A stretch of DNA of 64,000 nt from an uncultured Gammaproteobacteria bacterium (GTDB taxonomy: Bacteria > Patescibacteriota > Microgenomatia > Levybacterales > UBA12049): positions 1,505,887-1,569,886 of the forward strand of contig OZ246394.1 in NCBI GenBank assembly GCA_965230895.1. The letters run 5' to 3'. Under the pieces are notes generated by a model. The model worked only from the letters and a program-made list of their open reading frames with translations. It made no database searches and was not told where the DNA came from. A program made the position numbers and the translations under genes. Positions 38,815-49,219 of this stretch are shown here, piece by piece. Each line of letters begins with the position of its first letter. Positions within the stretch are counted from its first letter, which is position 1.

Positions 38815-39237
38815 TTATTCTACTGCGATACCCATACTTCGTGCAGTTCCTGCTACGATTCGAGCACCCATTTCAACATCATCTGTATTCAAATCTTCGA
38901 GCTTTGTTTCAGCAATTTCTCTCGCTTGAGCCATTGTTAATGTTGCATGCTTTTCTCGTCCTGGCTTTTGACCACCTTTATCTTTACCAATTGCTTTCTT
39001 AATCATTTCAGCAACTGGTGGCTTCTTTGTGATGAAACCAAATGTGCGGTCTTCATACACAGTGATAACAACTGGAATGACATTACCTTTAAGTTCAGCG
39101 GTCTTGTCGTTATATGCTTTAACGAACTCCATGATGTTTAAACCATGAGGCCCAAGTGCTGTACCAACAGGTGGCGCTGGTGTTGCAGCTCCTGCTGGAA
39201 GAGCGATTTTGATTAATGTTTTAATTTTCTTTGCCAT
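38815..39237 (-). CDS. rplK: 50S ribosomal protein L11
   Basis: '[15 protein letters not shown]', '[13 protein letters not shown]', 'GTARSMGI'. Confidence 0.97.
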   Translation of the reverse strand: MAKKIKTLIKIALPAGAATPAPPVGTALGPHGLNIMEFVKAYNDKTAELKGNVIPVVITVYEDRTFGFITKKPPVAEMIKKAIGKDKGGQKPGREKHATLTMAQAREIAETKLEDLNTDDVEMGARIVAGTARSMGIAVE

Positions 39238-39246
39238 AATGTGTTA

Positions 39247-39963
39247 TTAGATCTTCTTAACTTGCAAGAAGTCGAGTTCTACAGGAGTTTCACGTCCAAA
39301 GATACTTACCAATACTTTGACTTTACCTCGAGCATCATCAATTGATTCGATTGTACCCAAGAATTCACTGAATGGACCGTCTGTAATCTTTACAGCTTCG
39401 CCAACTGCGAATTGTACTTTGTACATTGGTTCTTCCATTTGCATGAACTTCTGGATAGCTTCAACTTCTTTTTCTGAAATTGGAGTTGGTTTGTTTCCAG
39501 CTCCGATGAATGAAGTAACACCTTGTGTACTTCGAACCATGAACCATGTTTCATCGTCGAGTTTCATCTTCACCAAAACATATCCTGGGAAGATCTTTTC
39601 TTTAACTGTTTCTTTTTTACCTTGTGAAACTTTAATTGTATTTCGTGTAGGAACGATAATGTCAAAAACTCTGTCTGTGAACTTCATTGCTTCAACACGT
39701 TGTTTTAGTGATCGTTCAACTTTGTTTTCGTGGCCAGCGTACGTATGAATGATATACCATCGAGCACCTTCTGAAGCTTTTGCTCGTGCATCAGCATCAT
39801 CTTGTGCTGCAGCATCGTCTGCCGCGTCAGACGCGGTTGCATTTGCATCTGTTGCCGAGTCAGACTCGGCTGCAACTGGAGCTTCGTCAGCAACAGTTTC
39901 TTCTTGTGCTTCAACAGCTTCTAATTCTTGTTCGTCTTTAACTTGATGTTTTGAATTATCCAT
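39247..39963 (-). CDS. nusG: Transcription termination/antitermination factor NusG
   Basis: 'WYIIHTYAGHENKV', 'FPGYVLV', KOW 'GPF', 'IFGRETPVEL'. Confidence 0.97.
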   Translation of the reverse strand: MDNSKHQVKDEQELEAVEAQEETVADEAPVAAESDSATDANATASDAADDAAAQDDADARAKASEGARWYIIHTYAGHENKVERSLKQRVEAMKFTDRVFDIIVPTRNTIKVSQGKKETVKEKIFPGYVLVKMKLDDETWFMVRSTQGVTSFIGAGNKPTPISEKEVEAIQKFMQMEEPMYKVQFAVGEAVKITDGPFSEFLGTIESIDDARGKVKVLVSIFGRETPVELDFLQVKKI

Positions 39964-39967
39964 AAAT

Positions 39968-40150
39968 TTATCTTAGTAATGTTTCGACAGCAGTGGTGAA
40001 GACATAATCTAAACCTCCGATGTACAAGCCCATTATAACACTTAAGATGATAACAATTGTGGTCAATCGAAATACTTCTTTCCGTGTTGGCCAAACTACA
40101 AGTTTGAGTTCGTCCCATATCTGACGGAAAAATGTTATCGGTGTTGTCAT
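39968..40150 (-). CDS. secE: Preprotein translocase subunit SecE
   Basis: 'ELKLVVWPTRKE' motif plus TM; upstream of nusG. Confidence 0.93.
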   Translation of the reverse strand: MTTPITFFRQIWDELKLVVWPTRKEVFRLTTIVIILSVIMGLYIGGLDYVFTTAVETLLR

Positions 40151-40162
40151 GTTAACAAATAC

Positions 40163-40225
40163 AAAAGCTCCACGTCGTGGAGTTTGGGCTTGAAGTATTT
40201 TATCAAATAGAGAGGCGAGTGTAAA
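40163..40225 (-). promoter_or_regulatory. secE operon promoter and leader hairpin
   Basis: TTTACA-N17-TAAAAT (40225..40197), then hairpin CUCCAC-GAC-GUGGAG followed by U-rich sequence before the secE ATG. Confidence 0.55.
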
Positions 40226-40253
40226 GGGTTGGTATAGGGGAATATTGTAGAGA

Positions 40254-42029
40254 TTATTTTACCGTAACACTTTTGGCCAAATTCCTTGGCTTATCTGGAT
40301 CTTCAACATCTCGGGCTAAGGCTAAATAATACGCAAAAAGCTGCGCAATGACAATCTGAGGAATTATTGTTGCTTCTTTCAAATCTCCAGTTTCAATAAA
40401 TGTATCAAAGACTTCATTGTTTTTTGGACCAATTCCAATAATATATGCACCTCGAGCCTTAACTTCCTGCGCATTTGAAATAATCGCATCATATGTTTCA
40501 TCATTTGGAGCATAAATAATACAAGGTGTACCTTTCTCGATTAATGCCATGACGCCGTGTTTTAATTCTCCACCAGCAAATCCTTCAGCATGGACATAAC
40601 TTGTTTCTTTAATCTTGAGTGTCGCTTCCATAGCCGTTGCATAGGAAAGGCCGCGTCCCAAAATATAATAATGTTCCTTTGATTTCAGTTTCTTTGCAAG
40701 TTCTTTCACTTGGGCTATGGTTTTATCTTGCAACAATTCATGCACATTCTTTGCAGCGTGAATAAGAAGGGAAGAAGCTTCTTTTTGTTTTCCTGCTAAA
40801 GTGTATGCAGTTAACAATAGTGTTGATACCATAGCCATGAAACTCTTTGTTGCGACAACTGCTTTTTCCTGGCCAGCTCCAAGTACAACATTGAAGTCTG
40901 CCTGGCGATAAAGGGTAGAGCCAATAACATTTACCAACGCTGCGATTGTTACTCCTTTAGCTTTTGCCTTTCCGACAGGTTCGATGACATCAACTGTTTC
41001 GCCACTTTGTGAGATTGGAATAAGAAGCGTGCGATCAGTGAGATAATCTTCAAGGTATTCAAATTCAGATCCGATTGAAAAATTCACATGCTTTTTTGCA
41101 ATTGATGAAAAGAGATAAACTCCGGCCAAAGCCGCATATGAGGCAGTGCCGCAACCGACCATAAATGTTCCATATGCTTTATGAATACGGTCTGCGAGCT
41201 GTTGCGTCTGTTCTTGGTAATTGCGTGCGATATTCTCAATAACCTTTGGCTGTTCATGAATTTCTTTCAGTAAGAAGTGAGGGAAATCACCCTTGGTTGC
41301 ATTCTCAAAATCCCATGTCAGCTCGTTTATCTCAGGCTGGATTTCTTTTCCATCAGGTAGCTGAATAAGTTTCATTGTCTTTCCCAAAATAACCATTTGA
41401 TGGTCTGCGAGAAAAACAACTTTTTTTGTGTGAGGAGCGATTCCAGCAGCGTCTGATGCAATGTAGAAATCTTCGCCATCAATACCCACTATAAGAGGAG
41501 AGCCAGATTTTGCAGCGATGATCTCTTTGGATGGAGCATACGCCACAACGATTGCATTCATTCCTTGCAATGCATTAAATGTATCTCGAGTTGCTGTGGC
41601 GAAACCTTTGGTTTTTAAATTCTCTTCAATTAAATGGGCGACAACTTCAGTATCTGTTTCTGAAACAAATGTATGTCCTTTTTTGATAAGGGACTTCTTG
41701 AGCTCACTGAAATTCTCAATAATTCCATTGTGGACGACTGCAATGGTCTTGTTACAATCTACATGTGGATGGGCATTTGTTACTGTTACGCCACCGTGAG
41801 TTGCCCAACGCGTGTGTCCAATAGCAAGCTGTGTTTCAAATTTTGCAAATGCAGAATTAAGTTTAAGATCTCCAATTTTTCCTACGTGTTTTTCGGTAGT
41901 GATTGTCTTTCCAGACTTAATTGCAATTCCCCAGGAGTCATAACCTCGGTACTCAAGGGTTTTTAATCCGTCAAAAACGGTTTGCGAAGCGTCGGTCTTT
42001 GTACCGATATAGCCGTAAATACCGCACAT
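40254..42029 (-). CDS. glmS: Glutamine--fructose-6-phosphate aminotransferase
   Basis: N-terminal MCGI, 'LEYRGYDS', 'GHTRWATHG', 'SQSGET', C-terminal 'PRNLAKSVTV'. Confidence 0.97.
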   Translation of the reverse strand: MCGIYGYIGTKTDASQTVFDGLKTLEYRGYDSWGIAIKSGKTITTEKHVGKIGDLKLNSAFAKFETQLAIGHTRWATHGGVTVTNAHPHVDCNKTIAVVHNGIIENFSELKKSLIKKGHTFVSETDTEVVAHLIEENLKTKGFATATRDTFNALQGMNAIVVAYAPSKEIIAAKSGSPLIVGIDGEDFYIASDAAGIAPHTKKVVFLADHQMVILGKTMKLIQLPDGKEIQPEINELTWDFENATKGDFPHFLLKEIHEQPKVIENIARNYQEQTQQLADRIHKAYGTFMVGCGTASYAALAGVYLFSSIAKKHVNFSIGSEFEYLEDYLTDRTLLIPISQSGETVDVIEPVGKAKAKGVTIAALVNVIGSTLYRQADFNVVLGAGQEKAVVATKSFMAMVSTLLLTAYTLAGKQKEASSLLIHAAKNVHELLQDKTIAQVKELAKKLKSKEHYYILGRGLSYATAMEATLKIKETSYVHAEGFAGGELKHGVMALIEKGTPCIIYAPNDETYDAIISNAQEVKARGAYIIGIGPKNNEVFDTFIETGDLKEATIIPQIVIAQLFAYYLALARDVEDPDKPRNLAKSVTVK

Positions 42030-42098
42030 AGAAGCTTGTTCAGTTTAATAATTGAGATAATCCTTGTCAAGCAAAAGGTCATCGAGTATAATCATGGC

Positions 42099-42989
42099 AT
42101 GGCTCATAAAAAAATCCGCAAAGCAGTAATCCCCGCAGCAGGTTTTGGAACCCGTTTTCTCCCTCAAACCAAGGCAATGCCAAAAGAAATGCTTCCTGTT
42201 GTGGACAAGCCAGTTATCCAGTATGTAGTTGAAGAAGCAGTCCAATCAGGTATCCGTGATGTCATCATCGTCACTGGTGCTTTGAAGCGAGCAATCGAAG
42301 ATCATTTTGATTTCCCAAATGCAGATCTTATCCAGAATCTTGAAGCAGGTGGCAAAGAAGAACTTCTTAAGCAAACTCGTGCAATTTCTGAAATGGCAAA
42401 TTTCATTTATATCCGTCAAAAGGGAATGTATGGGAATGGTACGCCAGTTCTTTCAGCTGAACCAACAATCGAAGATGAATTCTTCGCTGTTCTTTGGGGT
42501 GATGAATTTATCTATAGTAAACCACCACGTCTTGCACAAATGATGGCTGTGCACGAGCAATACGGTGGAGCGGTTATTTCAGGTGTTCGTATCAAGAATA
42601 AAGCAGATCTAAAGCGATATGGTATTGCTGAAGTTGAAAGTATGGGCGGCAATATCCATAAGATCAAAAAGATTGTCGAAAAACCAAATCCTGAAGACGC
42701 GCCATCTGATCTTGCAACTCATGGAGCATACATTTTGCCTCCAGAGATCTTTGGTATTTTGCGAGATCAAAAACCAGGAACTGGTGGGGAAATATATCTT
42801 CCAGAAGCAATTGATCAATTAATCAAGACTGGATATCCTGTGTATGCATGTGAAGTTGAAAATGGTCGATACTATGACACAGGCAATAAGCTTGAGTACT
42901 TAAAGACTGTGATTGAATTTGCTCTCGAACATCCTGATATTAAAGATAGTTTCATCAGTTACCTCAAATCTCTCGATTTAAAGAAATAG
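42099..42989 (+). CDS. galU: UTP--glucose-1-phosphate uridylyltransferase
   Basis: 'KAVIPAAGFGTRFLPQTKAMPKEMLPVVDKP', 'VEKP'; ATG 42099 follows TATAAT. Confidence 0.92.
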   Translation: MAHKKIRKAVIPAAGFGTRFLPQTKAMPKEMLPVVDKPVIQYVVEEAVQSGIRDVIIVTGALKRAIEDHFDFPNADLIQNLEAGGKEELLKQTRAISEMANFIYIRQKGMYGNGTPVLSAEPTIEDEFFAVLWGDEFIYSKPPRLAQMMAVHEQYGGAVISGVRIKNKADLKRYGIAEVESMGGNIHKIKKIVEKPNPEDAPSDLATHGAYILPPEIFGILRDQKPGTGGEIYLPEAIDQLIKTGYPVYACEVENGRYYDTGNKLEYLKTVIEFALEHPDIKDSFISYLKSLDLKK

Positions 42990-42999
42990 TTTTTTTCTT

Positions 43000-43021
43000 G
43001 TACTTTGTATCGACAAAGTAC
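43000..43021. terminator. Hairpin between convergent genes
   Basis: Perfect stem GTACTTTGT-ATCG-ACAAAGTAC. Confidence 0.5.
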
Positions 43022-43098
43022 CAAAGCTCTCCGCATGGTTGTTCTCACGTATCCAGCGAAGTCGGGCTTAACGCTGTGCGCAAGATATGAAGTTAAGT

Positions 43099-44469
43099 TT
43101 ATTCGACGAGGCTGCAGGCAATTTTGATGCCTTCGGAGTAAGTAGGGTAGGCGTGAATCATATCAGCGAGTTCATCTGCAGTAACACGGCATTTCATCGC
43201 TAAAGCAATCTCATGAATCATTTCACCGGCACGTGGTGCGACAATTGAACCGCCAATGATAACACCTTTTTTGTCAGTAATTACTTTTACGAAGCCATCA
43301 AATTCATTTTCAGTATTTGCGCGTCCAAGCATACCAAGAGCCATAATTCCTTTTTTGATTTTGATTTTCTTCTCCTGAGCCTCAACTTCGCTGATTCCAA
43401 CTGATGCTACCTCAGGGCTTACAAAGACACATCGTGGAACAACGCTGTAATCTGGTTCAACTTGTTCACGAGAGAACATATTTTGTGCGGCGATATAGCT
43501 TTGGAATGAACTTGTATGAGTAAAAAGATATGGTCCGACCAAATCACCAGCTGCATAAATGTGGGGGACACTAGTTTGCAAATTCTTTTTAACAACGAGT
43601 TTGTGATCTTTTATTTTCAATCCAGCTTTTTCAGGAGCAAAATTCATGACTGGGACTTTGCCTAGCGCACAAAGAATCTCTTCGTACTCATGAGAGAATG
43701 CTTCGTCACCTTTTTTGAAATGGACTGCTTTATGTCCATTTCGTTTCTCAACTTTCTCCACAGTGGTATTTGTTAGGACTTTGATGCCCGCATTTTCAAA
43801 GAGTGCTTCAACTAACTCACTGACTTCAAGATCTTCCTTACTTAAAATTCTTTCGGATCTGTTTACGATTGTTACTTTTGTACCAAAGCTTGAGAATATT
43901 TGTGCAAATTCGCACGCGATTGCACCTCCACCATAAATTAACATGGATTTTGGAGGGTGATCCATGTCAATTGCCTCGCGGAATGTGATATAACCAGTTT
44001 CTTCCAATCCTTCAATATGAGGGACAAATGTCTTTGAACCTGTTGCCAGGAGGATCTTTGCGGCTGAATATATCTTGCCATTTGCGACAACTTCATGAGG
44101 TGAAACAAATTCTGCTTTGTGTTGAATTAATGTAATGCCTTCTTTTTTGAAAGAAGCTTCACCGTGTGCAGCTCCTGTTCGTGAGACGACTAAATCCTTC
44201 CATCGTTTCACTGCATGATAATTTACCGAAGTCTTTTCAATTTCTGTCCCAAAGAGTTTTGAGCCGAGTGTTGTTTGATAGACATGTCCTGCGTGGAGGA
44301 GCGCTTTCGTTGGAACACATGCAAAGTTTGGACATTCACCGCCAACTGCCGATGCTTCAAAAATAGCTACCTTTTTACCAAGGGATTCTACATAATGAGC
44401 TGCTACACTGCCACCGGAACCACTTCCGATAATAATAAGGTCATAATCATATTTCTTTTTGCTAAACAT
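43099..44469 (-). CDS. Pyridine nucleotide-disulfide oxidoreductase (dihydrolipoamide dehydrogenase/mercuric reductase family)
   Basis: 'IIGSGSGG', redox CxxxxC 'GGECPNFACVPTK', 'IYAAGD', C-terminal 'HAYPTYSE'. Confidence 0.9.
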   Translation of the reverse strand: MFSKKKYDYDLIIIGSGSGGSVAAHYVESLGKKVAIFEASAVGGECPNFACVPTKALLHAGHVYQTTLGSKLFGTEIEKTSVNYHAVKRWKDLVVSRTGAAHGEASFKKEGITLIQHKAEFVSPHEVVANGKIYSAAKILLATGSKTFVPHIEGLEETGYITFREAIDMDHPPKSMLIYGGGAIACEFAQIFSSFGTKVTIVNRSERILSKEDLEVSELVEALFENAGIKVLTNTTVEKVEKRNGHKAVHFKKGDEAFSHEYEEILCALGKVPVMNFAPEKAGLKIKDHKLVVKKNLQTSVPHIYAAGDLVGPYLFTHTSSFQSYIAAQNMFSREQVEPDYSVVPRCVFVSPEVASVGISEVEAQEKKIKIKKGIMALGMLGRANTENEFDGFVKVITDKKGVIIGGSIVAPRAGEMIHEIALAMKCRVTADELADMIHAYPTYSEGIKIACSLVE

Positions 44470-44500
44470 AGTATTTGGGGAAAGGGATTAATCTTTACCC

Positions 44501-44770
44501 TTACGAAAGATCTTTGTGTGTCTGATATAAGTATGCAGCATCAGGATGATACTTCTTCAAACTCTTTGTTGTTGTTTTTTGTAATGCGTCGGACGTAATT
44601 TCCTTATCATTTTTAAGTTCGTTTTTCACTTCTTCTGTCACCATGTGCGAAATAGTTTCAGCTTCTTCATCAGACATACGTAAACTCATCAGTGCTAGAT
44701 ACACGCTGCCGTAGAGCTTTCTCTCATCAAATTCTTCAGAATGTCCTTTTCTTTTAACAATGTGATTCAT
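44501..44770 (-). CDS. Stand-alone ATP-cone domain protein
   Basis: 'IVKRKGHSEEFDERKL' ATP-cone signature, then 'ITS..L' and 'AA..Y'. Confidence 0.75.
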   Translation of the reverse strand: MNHIVKRKGHSEEFDERKLYGSVYLALMSLRMSDEEAETISHMVTEEVKNELKNDKEITSDALQKTTTKSLKKYHPDAAYLYQTHKDLS

Positions 44771-44771
44771 A

Positions 44772-45476
44772 TTAACCAAAGTTGATTGTACCGTTTGCGA
44801 TCAAGATCAATAACCAACCAAGACCAATGAGCATGAAACCAATTGCGAATCGCATATAACCTTTGTTTGCTTGCTTCCATTTCTTGATCTTACTAACCTT
44901 TGTGCCACCTGCAACCAAGAGCAATATTACGATCAAAGGTAGGACGAAGATAAAGTTGTAAAGCACGAGTAGTCCAAATGCATAGATGTCAAAGTTCAAT
45001 GAAAGAAGCGTAATGATTGCAAGATATGGTGCTCCAGTGCATGGTAATTCAACAGCTGAGATGAATGCCCCGAGGAGAATCACTCCAGGTACAGTTACAT
45101 TTTGTGAATATTTATGGATCATTGCTGCAAATACTGGAGGAATTTGCAAAGAAAAACCTTTACCGTACCAATAGTAGTCTTTAATTTCTAAGATACCAGC
45201 CATAATAACAAAGCTTCCGACGATGAGCGCTAGATATTCCGCTACGAATAATGGGACTGCTGAAAGGAAGTAAATCAGTCCAAGCCCAGCAACGAGGTAT
45301 GTGATAAAGATTGCACCGATATACAAACTCCCAAGCAAAAGTAATCGCTTAATTGATCCTTTCCCACTTAAAATAACTGAAACCATGAGAATCAATACGC
45401 CAATCGCGCATGGGTTAATTGAATCGACAGCTGCTGATAAAACAACGACTGATAATGTAGGGACGTCAATGACCAT
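44772..45476 (-). CDS. CcdA/DsbD-like (cytochrome c biogenesis-type) membrane protein
   Basis: About six TMs with two conserved Pro-Cys motifs, 'DSINPCAI' and 'ELPCTGAPY'. Confidence 0.8.
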   Translation of the reverse strand: MVIDVPTLSVVVLSAAVDSINPCAIGVLILMVSVILSGKGSIKRLLLLGSLYIGAIFITYLVAGLGLIYFLSAVPLFVAEYLALIVGSFVIMAGILEIKDYYWYGKGFSLQIPPVFAAMIHKYSQNVTVPGVILLGAFISAVELPCTGAPYLAIITLLSLNFDIYAFGLLVLYNFIFVLPLIVILLLVAGGTKVSKIKKWKQANKGYMRFAIGFMLIGLGWLLILIANGTINFG

Positions 45477-46201
45477 TATTGTCTTTCTCCTTTCAGTTTA
45501 TCAATTTCTTGCGCAACTTTATAGCTTCTGCAGAGTTTATCTGTTTTGTCTTTATTTGGACCGAATTCGACAATAATACAATCTCCTGGAGGAACTTGTG
45601 AATGTGGTGAAATAAGGTATGATGCCGGATCATCTAATTTCTTTTGTGTGTAATAGAGATCATCAGCAGTTTGGTAAACAAATACCTGCATTTGGCCCTC
45701 AGAGCCATCAGCGCACATGCTGCCATTTGTGTATGGAACTGGACCATTATTTGTTGGAACGATGACAGAATCGCTCTTCAAGTCGCCGCCGATGACTTGG
45801 AAGAATTTGCCAAGACTTGCATCCTCTGGATGAACGACGACACCTTCTAAGTGGATTCTTTTATCATTGTGTTCGTGTAGTGTTGCTGTCCCAATTTTGT
45901 TACTAAGAAAACCTGTTGGATCTTGCAATTCAACCTCTTTACCACATGCCCAAACCTCAATGTCCGCGTGCCAGTGCACAGGACCTTTACTGACTGAAAC
46001 ATTATTTAAATAGATCGTTGAGACGATCATATAAAGAGTAGGGATTGCGATAACAAGACAAATTGCACTAAAGAGGAACTTCTTTAAACCTTCATTAAGA
46101 TATTTTTCATGAAGAGAAATGCCGACAAGAACAGCAAGGACGATAGTTGCGCCGATGAGGATGTTGACCGAGTTTCTAGCGATTGATTCTTCTAATCCCA
46201 T
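45476..46201 (-). CDS. Membrane protein with His-rich extracytoplasmic domain
   Basis: Two TMs, then 'HWHAD', 'LHEHNDKRIHLEG' and four Cys; stop overlaps the next ATG (TAATG). Confidence 0.72.
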   Translation of the reverse strand: MGLEESIARNSVNILIGATIVLAVLVGISLHEKYLNEGLKKFLFSAICLVIAIPTLYMIVSTIYLNNVSVSKGPVHWHADIEVWACGKEVELQDPTGFLSNKIGTATLHEHNDKRIHLEGVVVHPEDASLGKFFQVIGGDLKSDSVIVPTNNGPVPYTNGSMCADGSEGQMQVFVYQTADDLYYTQKKLDDPASYLISPHSQVPPGDCIIVEFGPNKDKTDKLCRSYKVAQEIDKLKGERQ

Positions 46202-46273
46202 TTGGTTAATAAAAACCTGCCTACAATTACAGTACAGTATTTTTGATAGGGAATGCAAGTAGTTTTCTTAAGA

Positions 46274-48979
46274 TTATCTTGCTTCTTTAAATGCTGGAAC
46301 TGTATCAAGAGCAATTCTCATTAACTGGAATGCGAAGTAGAGCCAAATACTTGCGAGGATCATGAAGATCCAATCATTTATCTGAACTGGGACGATTCCA
46401 AAAAGGGTATTGAAGAATGGCGTATATACGATAACGAGTTGTAATGCGATTGTTGCCAAAATTGAGATAAGGAGCCATTTATTTGAGAAGAATGAAACTT
46501 TATATCCTGATCGAATTAAGTAAATACTAACCAATTCAAATACAACTAAGCTTGTAAACGCTGCACTTTGCGCAGCCTGCATACCATTTGCAAGATTGAG
46601 CATATATGAACCAAGGACAAAGACGCTCAAGAAAATACCAAAAACGATCATTTCAACCCAAAGTCTTGTACTGACAATTTGCGTTTGGAACACACGAGGG
46701 GAGTACCTCATGATTCCTTTCTCCGCAGGATCAAGACCAAGTGCTACGGCTGGGATTCCATCGGTAACGACATTGATCCACAAAAGCATTGTCGCAGTGA
46801 GAACGAGGTCTTGGAGGATAATGACACCAAAGAAGACAATTAATACTTCAGCTAAATTACAGGATAGGAGATAGATAACGAATTTTCGGATATTGTGGAA
46901 AATTCCACGTCCTTCTTCAATTGCATTAATAATCGTTGAGAATTTATCATCCAAGAGAACCATGTCTGATGCTTCTTTGGCGACATCAGTTCCTGTGATT
47001 CCCATAGCGATGCCAATGTCAGCTTTCTTAAGTGCTGGAGCATCATTTACGCCATCTCCGGTCATTGCGACGATATGTCCATTCTTTTGCAATGCCGCAA
47101 CAATACGAAGTTTTGTATCAGGATTAACTCTCGCATAAACACTGATTGATTCTACAGCCTTTGCAAGTTCCTTATCATCCATCTTGCTCAGCGCATCTCC
47201 AGTGAGAGCATCACCTTTAATTCCGATTTCTCCTGCAATTGCTTTTGCAGTTTCTGGATGATCTCCAGTAATCATAATGACCCGGATTCCTGATTCATTA
47301 CATTGTGTGATAAGGGGAGTGACTTCTGTTCTAGGAGGATCAATCATTGCTTGAATTCCAAGGAACGTTAATCCCTTTTCAAGTTGTTTTTCATCAGACT
47401 TCAGCTTTTCAAATTCTGCCTTGGTCATCTCTTTATAAGCAAATCCTAGATTTCGTAATGCGTGTGTAGAAAGTTTTTGGTTGATTGCGAGAATATCCTT
47501 TTTGTCCTTTGTGACGATTGGATCTTCTTTTGTGGACTGCATTATTCGATAGCAATGATCGATAACCACTTCAGGTGCACCCTTGGAGTAGAGGATATAT
47601 TTATTATCCTTCTTAATAACAACGGACATCATCTTTCGTTCACTACTAAACGGAATTTCCATGACACGTTCTCCTGTCGCTTGATCAAGTTTCGCTTTTG
47701 TGGCACTTACAATTAATGCTGCTTCAGTCGGATCACCAAGTACTTTTCCATCGTTAATTTTTGCATTATTACAGTACAATCCAGCTTCGAGCATAGGAGT
47801 AAATGGATACTTAACAATCTCTTTTCCATCATCTGTAAATTTACCTTCTTTTTCATAACCTGTACCACTTACTTCATAAAGATGATCGGCGTAATAGATT
47901 GTTGTGACGGTCATTTCACCTTTTGTTAATGTCCCTGTCTTATCCGAACAAATCGTATCGGTTGATCCAAGTGTTTCAACAGAATTAAGTTTGCGGACCA
48001 AAGCATTTTTCTTTAGCATACGTTGTGTGCCAAGCGCCAAAGAAATAGTAACAACTGCAGGGAGTCCTTCGGGGATTGCTGCGACAGCTAAGGCAACTGC
48101 TGCTATGAAAGAATGGATGACACGTTGCATGAGCGGTTGGTCCACAAATTCTTTTGCAAAGAACATAATGAAGACAAAAACAATTGCGCAGATTCCCAAA
48201 ATGACGTAGCCAATCATCTTTCCGATTTGGTCTAAACGCTTTTGAATTGGTGTTTCTTCATCTTCAGTCTGTGCGACACTTTGTGCGATCTTTCCAATTT
48301 CTGTACGGTCACCAGTTCTCACCACAATTCCGATAGCGCGGCCTGAAGCAATTGCTGTGCCTGAGAACGCCATATTCTTTTGATCGCCTAATTGCTTATT
48401 TCCATCCAGATCAGCAGGATTTTTACTTGCAGGAACGGATTCTCCTGTGAGTGATGCTTCATTAACACTAAGGCTATAAACTTCCAGGAGACGCATATCC
48501 GCAGGGATTTTTGTTCCTTCTTCCAAAATAACCATATCTCCCGGGACTAATTCTGCTACGGGAATTTCTTTTTCTTTTCCATTCCTTCTCACTTTGGCAT
48601 TATATGCGAGGAGCTTCTTTAATGATTCAATTGCTTTTTCTGCCTTAAATTCCTGGATAAAACCCAGGATGGTAATCATAAAAACAATCGCAAGAATAAG
48701 TCCCGCTTCTATAAGATCTGACTGATCTTTTTCTCCGAAGTGATAAATAAAGAGGATAAGGAATGCAGCAATAATAAGAATGATGGTAAGTGTATTTTTG
48801 TATTGTCCGAGATACATCATCCAAGGAGAAATTTTCTTTTTGACGGTTAACGCATTACGTCCGTACGTCTCAAGCCTTTTTGCAGCTTCAGCGTCTGAGA
48901 TACCTTCATCACTCGTTTGGAATTTTGAGAAGATGTCTGCTTTTGATAAAGAATAGTATGCGAGATTTTCCTCAGTCAT
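46274..48979 (-). CDS. Cation-transporting P-type ATPase (P2A, Ca2+-type)
   Basis: 'TGES', 'IPEGL', 'DKTGTLT', 'KGAPE', '[11 protein letters not shown]'. Confidence 0.95.
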   Translation of the reverse strand: MTEENLAYYSLSKADIFSKFQTSDEGISDAEAAKRLETYGRNALTVKKKISPWMMYLGQYKNTLTIILIIAAFLILFIYHFGEKDQSDLIEAGLILAIVFMITILGFIQEFKAEKAIESLKKLLAYNAKVRRNGKEKEIPVAELVPGDMVILEEGTKIPADMRLLEVYSLSVNEASLTGESVPASKNPADLDGNKQLGDQKNMAFSGTAIASGRAIGIVVRTGDRTEIGKIAQSVAQTEDEETPIQKRLDQIGKMIGYVILGICAIVFVFIMFFAKEFVDQPLMQRVIHSFIAAVALAVAAIPEGLPAVVTISLALGTQRMLKKNALVRKLNSVETLGSTDTICSDKTGTLTKGEMTVTTIYYADHLYEVSGTGYEKEGKFTDDGKEIVKYPFTPMLEAGLYCNNAKINDGKVLGDPTEAALIVSATKAKLDQATGERVMEIPFSSERKMMSVVIKKDNKYILYSKGAPEVVIDHCYRIMQSTKEDPIVTKDKKDILAINQKLSTHALRNLGFAYKEMTKAEFEKLKSDEKQLEKGLTFLGIQAMIDPPRTEVTPLITQCNESGIRVIMITGDHPETAKAIAGEIGIKGDALTGDALSKMDDKELAKAVESISVYARVNPDTKLRIVAALQKNGHIVAMTGDGVNDAPALKKADIGIAMGITGTDVAKEASDMVLLDDKFSTIINAIEEGRGIFHNIRKFVIYLLSCNLAEVLIVFFGVIILQDLVLTATMLLWINVVTDGIPAVALGLDPAEKGIMRYSPRVFQTQIVSTRLWVEMIVFGIFLSVFVLGSYMLNLANGMQAAQSAAFTSLVVFELVSIYLIRSGYKVSFFSNKWLLISILATIALQLVIVYTPFFNTLFGIVPVQINDWIFMILASIWLYFAFQLMRIALDTVPAFKEAR

Positions 48980-49045
48980 TACTTTAACTATAGAAGAAAT
49001 GTTCAGCTATTGACAAGACATCAGAATTTATTTTACAGTAGATAT

Positions 49046-49174
49046 ATGGCAATATTCGGATTATTTAGTAGTGATAAAAAGACTTCAAAGAAAGCTGCTG
49101 CAAAGAAGCTTGTGAAGAGTGTAACCAAAGCAAAAAAAGGTAAAAAGAAGGCTAAAGGCTGCGAATTCTGCTAA
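49046..49174 (+). CDS. Small Lys-rich peptide with C-terminal CEFC (42 aa; not in the ORF track)
   Basis: MAIFGLFSSDKKTSKKAAAKKLVKSVTKAKKGKKKAKGCEFC*; preceded by TTGACA-N18-TACAGT-N6-ATG. Confidence 0.7.
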   Translation: MAIFGLFSSDKKTSKKAAAKKLVKSVTKAKKGKKKAKGCEFC

Positions 49175-49219
49175 TTTTTCTATCCACATTATGACTCAGT
49201 TGTTCTTTTATTTTTGTGA

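Noticed and set aside
43099-44469. Mercuric reductase MerA or a true lpdA
   Set aside because: Lacks the C-terminal Cys-Cys pair and mer context, and has no neighbouring E1/E2 genes; left at family level.
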